Assembly: GCA_951406725.2 (NCBI GenBank)
Contig: OX597821.1
Coordinates: forward strand, 32,798,001 to 32,862,000
DNA length: 64,000 bases
Origin: Octopus vulgaris
Taxonomy: Eukaryota
Direction of reading: 5' to 3'
Part shown: positions 55,806 through 64,000 of the stretch, one piece after another
Position numbering within the stretch: position 1 is the first letter of the stretch
How the letters are laid out: each line of letters begins with the position of its first letter
Position numbers and translations under genes: made by a program
Notes under the pieces: generated by a model
Database searches by the model: none
What the model was told of the DNA's origin: nothing
Seen by the model: only the letters and a program-made list of their open reading frames with translations

Positions 55806-56960
55806 TTATTTTATTAGCTACAAGGTTTCAAGACGTTGGGGACAGCACAAAAGCGAAATGCAAGAAGACAATAACAAACATGAAACAGCAGGGGATTTAC
55901 ATTGCGTAAAATCAACAAAATTAATAATTGCAAAAAAAAAAAAAAAACAAACAATGGAGAAGACGGTGGGGATGATAAATAATAACAATGATAATGATGG
56001 ACCGCAATAAATTCGTTGCTATGGTTACCCAGTAGCTAAGCTCAAAAGCGAAAACTATAACAAAACAACAAAAAAAAACAAATTAAAACATAGCAGGCCA
56101 ATCTTAATGGCTTTAGGCAGTCTGAGAACAGAGAGAATCAGTGAATTTACGTTCGTTTCCTCACACAAAAAAAATGCATTTATTAATAGCGAAGGACCTC
56201 ATTTCCTTCATTAATGGCCGGTAAAATTCGATAGTTAAATTCAAAGCAATTTTTTTTTAAATATATTTCTCCAAAATTTATTACCGCCTTCCTTTTTGTG
56301 CTAGTTGTTGCTGCCGTGAATTAATGTTGTTGAGGATGTGCTGCTAGTCGTAGTCGCAGTGTTATATCAGTGTTTCCGTTTTATTGTAATACCTCTTTTC
56401 TGGTTGTTGATGCTACTGTCGTTGCTGCTATTACTGTTGTTGTTGTTGTTGTTGTTGCTGCTACTGCCTGAGCTGTTGTTGTTGTTGTTGTTGTTATTGT
56501 TGATGTCCTCCGTTTTGGCGTGAGTACATTGCTAGTGTTATTTCTGTCGTTTTACGTTCACTTCGGAGTTATGTCTCTGTATCATAACACTGATACAGAA
56601 ATATAATCTGCAAGCATATACTGTAAATCAACCAACCCCAAAATGTCAGTTGTTAGGAAATATCGTTTGTATAAAAGCTAACGTTGAGTCCCTTATAAAT
56701 GCCTTGTACGAAACTGTCGAAAGTTGCTACTTTCAGGAGGAGAATAAAAATTAAAGTGTAACAATTACAAAAGCGAGAATGCAAACTAGAAAAATACACC
56801 AGCAGAAATGGTAAGTTGCACAGGTATATGTGTGTATGTATGTATGTATGTATGTATGTATGTATGTATGTATGTATGTACGTACCTACGTACGTATGTA
56901 TGTATGTATGTATGTATGTATGTATGTATGTATGTATGTATGTATGTATGTATGTATGTA

Positions 56961-58651
56961 CACTTCCGTCGGAAATTAATTAGCACTTCTCAAATTTCTA
57001 CATTTTCTTACATTTTCTTAATTTAATTAAGTTATTATCAGAAACGAACTCGTTTTTAATCAAAAATTTATTAAAACATATCCCAGCACACCACATAATT
57101 GTTATTAATCGTGAAATTTAGTCAATATCTTGTTGCTCCTCCTTTGGCAGCAATGAGAGCTGCTACGCGGGTCGGCATGCTGTCTATGAGCGCCTGCAGG
57201 TACTGTGCAGGGATGCCCCCCCCCCATGCAGCAAGAAGTGCCCCAAACAGCTCGTGTCGGTTCCTGTATTGTTGCACATTCAAATCCCTACCCAATCGAC
57301 TCCAGAGGTTCTCAATAGGGTTCAGGTCAGGTGACTGGCCAGGCCAGTCCATGACCGTCACCCATGGTCCTTGAAGAAACCGGTTGTGAGCTTGGCTGTG
57401 TGGGAAGGCGCGTTGTCCTGCTGGAGCAGTACTCCTCGCCACCAAAGAGGTATCCCGTACTATCTCAACGTACTTCGACGGCATAGAGCCGCCCAACACC
57501 ACTGTAGCTGAACGCTCCTCACACCATCAGACCACACCCACCTTGCTTCATGGTGGGAGCAATGCAGTCTTTGTTGAAGCGCTCACCCCTGCGGCGTCGC
57601 ACATGGACAGGCTTGTCACTGACGAGACTGAATCGCGACTCGTAAGTGAACGTCACTGTCCGCCACTGCTGCACGGTCCATGTCTTTTGGGCACGGGACC
57701 AGAGCAGCCGCCTCTTCCGGTTTTGGGCTGTAAGGAGCGGCTTACGGGTGGCCCTACAGGATTTTAGACCAGCTTCCAGTAATCTGGTCTTGACGGTGGT
57801 TGTAGACAACTGCTTCCCTGTCATCTTTTGCATCTCCTCCGCCAGTTGCCGGCTCGTTACCCTTCGGTTGTACAGTGACTTTCGGATCAGCATCCGGTCC
57901 TCCCGCTGGGTCGTCAGCCTCTTCCATCCCCTACCCTTTTTGTCAGCTGCTGATCCGGTTTCCTCGTATTTCTTAAATAAGCACTGAATTGTGCGCCTGG
58001 CTACACCAAGTTTTCTGGCTATTGCAACCTCCGACAGCTTCCCACGCCACGAGAGAGCTTTGTACCGTCTCTCCAAGGTCATGCGAGGTCTTGGGCCCAT
58101 CTAGGAATGAACGATAAAAACCAGTTATTTCCATTAAAACTATTCATTTGAATAATGTTATGCTATAACAAAACTGCTATGAGTTATTATTCATTAAACA
58201 AAAAAGAAAGAAAGCAGAATTTCTCATCTTATTTGATGTATAACAGAAAGTTTTGTGAACCGGAAGTGACGTCACCAAGCAGAGTGTAGGAGAATTTGTG
58301 AGGAAAAAAATCTTGCAAATACACAAATCAATTAACCTACAAGCTGTTCAAAACGTCTTACGCGATGAGAAAACTTAGTACGGTGTGATTTCGGTCCTTG
58401 CGAGGCGCTACCTATATCTATTAAACAAAGGAAGATTTGTCTGCATCCGCACCCCAAGTTGTTGTTGCACTGCTATGTCAACATCATTAGGCTGTAGACT
58501 CTCAAACCGCTCTGCAAACAAAGTTACGTCATCGTTCTGCGCAACAGTGAACTCGCAACAAAGCAATAGTTCGAGATATGGCCACTAGGTGACAGCAAAT
58601 ACCTTGAGTGAAGAGCAAATCAAGGGTGCTAATTAATTTCTGACGGTAGTG
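56961..58651 (-). mobile_element. Tc1-family DNA transposon, disrupted
   Basis: TIRs cacttccgtcggaaattaattagcac / gtgctaattaatttctgacggtagtg with TA on both sides. Transposase 58100-57122 has an HTH region, KPLLT, VTFTYESRF (first catalytic D changed to Y), QQDNAPSH and SPDLNPIENLW, with frameshifts. Confidence 0.95.
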
Positions 58652-58669
58652 TATGTATGTATGTATGTA

Positions 58670-59628
58670 CGAGGGGCGTTCAATAAGTAATGCCCCTGAC
58701 CCACTTCCCATAGCAGTAGAGCAACGAAATTTGGCACATTTATTAGTCTTTTCTACATAGGAGCCACCCAGAGTTACGCATTTCTCCCATCGTTTGATGC
58801 AGCTCTGGAGACCGTTTTGGTAGAAGACCCCAGCTTGGTCCTCCAACCACGACGTGACTTCAGAAATCAAGGCTGCGTCATCTTGGAAACGCTTTCCTTT
58901 CAAAAACAACTTCATGACTGGGAAGAGGTGAAAATCAGAGGGTGCAAGGTCAGGAAAGTAGGGGGATGGGGGAGGAGTTCATAGCCATACGCCTGTGCTT
59001 CTGATCTGGCGACAAGCGAGTTGTGGACCGGAGCGTTGTCCTGCAGGAGGAGGAGGCCTTTGCTGATCTTGCCCCGCCTCTTGATTTTGATAACTTCTCT
59101 TAATTTCCTCAAAAGTGAAGCATAATAGGCTCCTGCAATTGTGGTACCCTTTGCCAGGAAATCTGTCATCACTACTCCGTCCTGGTCCCAGAAGACTGTG
59201 AGCATGACCTTGCCAGCGGAGGGCTGCACCCTTGCCTTCTTTGGAGGGGGTGAGTCACGGTGCTTCCACTGCATTGACTGGGCTTTGGTCTCTAGATCAT
59301 CGTGATGGACCCAGGTTTCATCCTGTGTAATCAGTCTTTTGAAAAATTTTGACTCATCTTCTTGGCACATCTCCAAATTCACCCTCGAGCACTCGACGCG
59401 TTCTTGCTTCTGGAAAGGCGTGAGCAACCTGGGAATCCATCTGGCAGACACCTTTTGCATATGCAAATGGTCATGAATGATAGTTTCCACAGACCCGGTA
59501 CTAATCTTGACCTCATGGGCTATTTTGCCACTTACTCTATAGAGATATAAATGATTGCACATGCAAAATTTCAGCTAGATCAAACAACTGCAAGTGGGTC
59601 AGAGGCATTACTTATTGAACGTCCCTCG
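58670..59628 (-). mobile_element. Mariner transposon, internally deleted and frameshifted
   Basis: TIRs cgaggggcgttcaataagtaatgcc / ggcattacttattgaacgtccctcg with a TA TSD. Motifs WIPRLL, ITQDETWV and LLQDNAPVH, with a frameshift at the YSPDL motif. Confidence 0.95.
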
Positions 59629-60059
59629 TATGTATGTATGTGTGTATGTATGTGTGTGTGTATGTATGTCATTATTCAGTTTGAAATCCAAGATTTCTTA
59701 CCGATAGAGAAATAGATCCAGGGCTCATTCATTGGAATTTTAACATCAACAGGGTATTTTTTTATGTATGTATACGTGCAGATTTGTATGTTTTGTCTTA
59801 TGTATGTATTGTCATGCATATAGTTGAAAATCTAGTCGTATGTATGTATTTGTGTATGTATATAATTATGTATGTATGTATGTATGTATGTATGTATGTA
59901 TGTATGTATGTATGTATGTATGTATGCAAGATGTCATAAGGAAGTCAAACGAAGTTGTGATTTTTTAAAAATCATTTAATATGTACGATTTAGGTCTGCA
60001 TAATATATAAGACGAAATGCATCCATTACATTAGATCTTCCTGATTTAATACATTTCAA

Positions 60060-60110
<51 letters not shown>

Positions 60111-60536
60111 AAGCATATATTTTTGTGTATGCATTTGTGAATGTATGTATGCAGTGAAGACAGACGGACGCACAGACAGACAAATAGATAGATAGAGGAA
60201 GAGAGAGAGGGAGATTTTCTGAAAGATAGGAAGTAATTTAAAGTCTTTTCACCGAGAAAATATGAGGTCGAAAGAAATTGCAAAATCGATAGAGCGAAAT
60301 TAACAATATTTTTTCGATTTCGTTTTTGGAAGACCAAAGACAGGTAAAAGCCAAAAGTAGCCAAACTCACTAATGAATCTATTAACCATTACCGAGCTAG
60401 CTACCAAAAATGTATCACATCCGACAGTCGAATAATGAGGAAGATCAAATTGTGGAATCTGTGTGAATATATCCAAAGTTTCAGAATCCTATTTCAAAAA
60501 GGTAAGATAAAGTTTTAATATAATATAATTTTACAT

Positions 60537-61070
60537 AAGCATTAATAAATCTCCGAACGAGATGTAAACAGTAACCGCTCGACAACGTAAAGTGTACTAG
60601 CCATCTGAATGTAGCTAGCCACTGGGAGGGGGGTTCTATTTACTGGAATAGACATTTGTTGTGGGTGAACCGTCCTCCATTTTGTAAGAGACGTGACCGT
60701 TTGGCAAATTATTTCTCTCCATATCTAGAGCATGTTATGGTATAAATTAAGTTTTTAGATAACTATGTAAAATTATGTATGTGGCTAGCCACTGGGAGTG
60801 GGTGTTACTGAAGATTTTAGCCCCAGGAGATCGTCGTCTCCAGCTGGCTTTAGACACACTTTCTGTGCCCTTCTGATATTTGCAAAGGGAGGTCATCCCC
60901 TCTCGAAAACCTAAGTGATACATACGGACTATAGTTTCGAGGTTTTTACCTCTCGTCAACGTACGGTAATCACCGGTTTCGATAGTGGCTAGCCACATTC
61001 AGATGGCTAGTACACTTTACGTTGTCGAGCGGTTACTGTTTACATCTCGTTCGGAGATTTATTAATGCTT
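60537..61070. mobile_element. MITE-like element with 87-bp terminal inverted repeats
   Basis: 60537-60623 versus 60984-61070 differ at one position; the interior is non-coding. Confidence 0.88.
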
Positions 61071-64000
61071 TCAGACAGTTTTTCTAAATCAGTGACAGTG
61101 GTTGCTGGAAAAAACATTAAATAGATATTCGCAAACAGGTCTCCCTAATCGAAAACCGGTGTTTTCACTCGTCTAGGGACCCCTCTTTCATCTGAGTATT
61201 GAGAAGTTAGCTGCCTATTTTGTTGAGTGAGTTCGTTTTTTGTTCGTCGTTGTTTGTGTTTGCTCGTGAATTGAACAGTTGTCCGTTGTGTGACAGTTAT
61301 TTTCGCCCTACGGGGCTTAAAATTCTGTGTATAAATATTGTTATTACCTTCGGGGTAATTTTTTTTTTTTACGAAAAATTGGTTCTCATAATTTGAGAAA
61401 TGGAGTTCGACTTGGCGTCGAGGAGCGACTTTCCCGTGATGGGAAAAGGCGAACAGAAGGATATCGAGGTTAAAAAACAGTCTTTTTCGGCCGCAGTGGG
61501 CGGAACCATAACGGAAGTAGAATTTAAAATAGAACAGTTGTTCGAATACCGGAACTTGGTAAAAAAGGAAGGCAACGAAATAAAACTGGTACCGCCGCAA
61601 GCGATATTACAGGAAATAAAGGCCAAGACAGTCGTATACAAGGTTTACAGTAACAAAGAGAAAAAAATAATGGACGTGAAGAACGAAATAGTAAAGAAGT
61701 GCTTGTCCCCGGTGTGGAGCAAAATTCGCTACGTCGGTCGAGGTGCCCGCAGCGCTACCGTTGAAGCACATTTCGACTCAGCTGATGTGGCAAGAGAGAT
61801 TTCATCGATGACCTTAAAAAGTGAGGACATCATGTTACTACCTACCTATATGGGAAAAAGAACTGCGAAACTATATGTGGAAGACATTCCAAGAGGATAT
61901 GATATAATGTGGGTAGCAGCGGCGGTTCTGCACGACGTAGAGCAGAAAGTCTCAATTCTGCAGATGAAAAGGAAAGAGGAGGTAAACTGGAAGGGACAAG
62001 CGCTCGAACTCCTCGTTCAAGCAGAAAATAATGTGCTAGAAAACTTACCCGATAGGGTATTTATTGAGGAGGGAATTACAATGAGAGTGTCAGTGGAGGG
62101 GTGCAGGCCTATTCAAATGTGGTGAAAAGGGTCACGTCCGCTCGAACTGCATAAAAAAAAAGAAAAACAGCGAGGCCCCTCCTCAAAGTGCTTCAAACAC
62201 AGAAAAAGAAAAGGCGGAAAAAGACCCCAAGACTGCGACAAGGAAGGGAATCGAAACGGAAGATAAAAATGAACAAATGGAATTTACACAGGTGACACAC
62301 AAAAGAAAAAAAGAAAATACCCTGGACTCCCCTCCCCAAACAAAGAAAAAATCAGCAAACACCGCAGAGATACATACAAGACAAATTCCCCAGCCCTATC
62401 CCCACGGCACTGTATTCATTGGAACACAGTTCGCCAAGCCCCTCCCCATAAAACAAGATTGGAAAAAATTGATTTAAAAAAATGAAAAGATTGTAGCATT
62501 CGACGAGAAAAACAATAGAGTGTTCAAGTATTTTAAATTTTCAAAACTGAAAGTATTCAGTAAGTCTGCAGACACTAAGTCGACCACTCGTTTTGCAAAA
62601 ATAAAGGAAGACGAGTGGAAGGAAAAAACACTCCAAGAACATTTAAAAAATAACATTATCAAAGACGTTACTAACGAAATACTGGAGGGTAAACTTATTA
62701 TAACCCCGGCAACCACACCTACCCAGAGCCTGATGGCAACGCCGGTTAAGAGCCCTGCAGCGACGACCACAAGGGAAGAAGAAGGGGAAGCATGTAGATT
62801 TAAACTGTCATGCTCCCTGTCCCAACCGTAAGTTTATTTTTTTCTCTCTCTCCGACAATGGCAAAGCTGGGTTGTGTGAATGTGCGTGGAATGGGGTCGA
62901 AATGGAAACAAATTTGTCTCCTGAACGACCTAACGACACACGGAGTGGACGTAGCTATTGTAACCGAGTCCAAGATGAACGGGGCCCAAGCGTTCTTGCC
63001 TCTTCTAAATGGTTTCGAGAAATTTATTTCTCCTAGCCGAGGAAGAGGAAGGGGCGTGGCAGTCCTTATCAGGAAGAACTTGGACTTGCAGGTAAGTACT
63101 GTCTTTCTGGACCCAGAAGGCAGGCTGGTCGTTCTGGATGTGACCCACGTAAGTAAACAGTCCTTCAGGTTTGTAGCTGTCTACGCTCCGAATGAGAGTA
63201 GGCAGTCGGGTTTTTTTCGGAATCTGGAGCACTTTTTAGTGACGTCGAAAACGGTAGTCTTAGTAGGGGACTTTAACACTGTCCTCGAAGCGCGGGTCGA
63301 CAGTATTGGCTCAACCAATAGGAAGGGGAACCCTAGCCTCAAGGGTCTACTAGAGAGCTTTAATCTAGTAGACCGTTATCGAGTGGATGAGCCGAGCGTT
63401 CCACAGTGGACGTGGAGTAACAACGACGGCTAACGCAGATCGTATATAGATAGGATATTCGTTAGGAAAAGAGATAAGGATACGTTTAGTTGTCCACAGT
63501 TTCACATTGTGCCTTACACGGATCACAAATTTGTGACTTGTAGGGTGCAATTAGATAAGTGTCATAGACAGGGACCCGGGTACTGGAAGTTGAACAAGTC
63601 TATTTTGAATTGTGAAGACTTCCGTACCCGGATTAAGGTGTTAGTACAGAGGGCATTATGTGGCACCATCATTAACAATAGATGGTGGCACTCCCTCAAA
63701 AGAGCCATTCGTTCAGAGTCCATTAGATTTAGCAATCAGCTAAGGTTAGATAGGTCTAGGATAGAGGACGATTTAGTTAAGAATCTAAACGAGGCAATGG
63801 AATCTGGCTCTGCATCCGGAGTGATGGCGGCAAGGACGGTATTGTACCATCACCTTAACTCCAAACACGAAGGTTGCAGAGTTAGAGCTAAGCTACGCGC
63901 AGGGAAACGAGAAGGTATTAACGTTGCCGGATGGGCCCGTCCAGTGGAGAGTCAGAGAGGCAACAAAGCTTCAATCAAGTCTTTAACTGACGAACAGGGA
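61071..64000 (+). mobile_element. Tx1/L1-clade LINE 5' part (5' UTR, ORF1, ORF2 APE endonuclease), continuing past the window
   Basis: ORF1 from 61400 has SFSAAV and a frameshifted zinc knuckle FKCGEKGHVRSNC. ORF2 from 62858 has NVRG, GRGVAVL, VYAPN, GDFN, SYIDRI, TDHKFV and GPGYWKLN, with an in-frame stop at 63431-63433. Confidence 0.93.

Overview
AT-rich, microsatellite-dense eukaryotic DNA whose repeat content is typical of an octopus or other coleoid cephalopod (inferred from the SINE, LINE and microsatellite spectrum, not from a database search). Nearly all ORFs in the supplied track are translations of simple repeats. Much of the window is transposon-derived: RTE/BovB-like and CR1-group LINE 3' ends, Dong/R4-like fragments in (AAT)n tracts, Penelope-like elements with minimal hammerhead ribozyme motifs, a Tx1/L1-clade LINE running off the right edge, Tc1 and mariner transposons, hAT-like MITEs, fold-back elements and three tRNA-derived SINE families. 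No intact host gene is provable. Manual translation does suggest two hidden exon chains. The first is a large, probably decayed + strand mosaic lectin-type gene at about 24.6-60.5 kb, with C-type lectin-, kringle-, F-type lectin-, EGF-, sushi- and WSC-like pieces. The second is a small - strand signal-peptide gene candidate at about 5.8-12.3 kb. The best-supported unusual observations are a hammerhead with a compensatory U3-A8 core, a Penelope end combining a tRNA-type Pol III promoter with a hammerhead, a LINE-SINE pair sharing a 3' tail, two SINEs with a shared head but different tails, and a Tx1 LINE abutting an 87-bp-TIR MITE.
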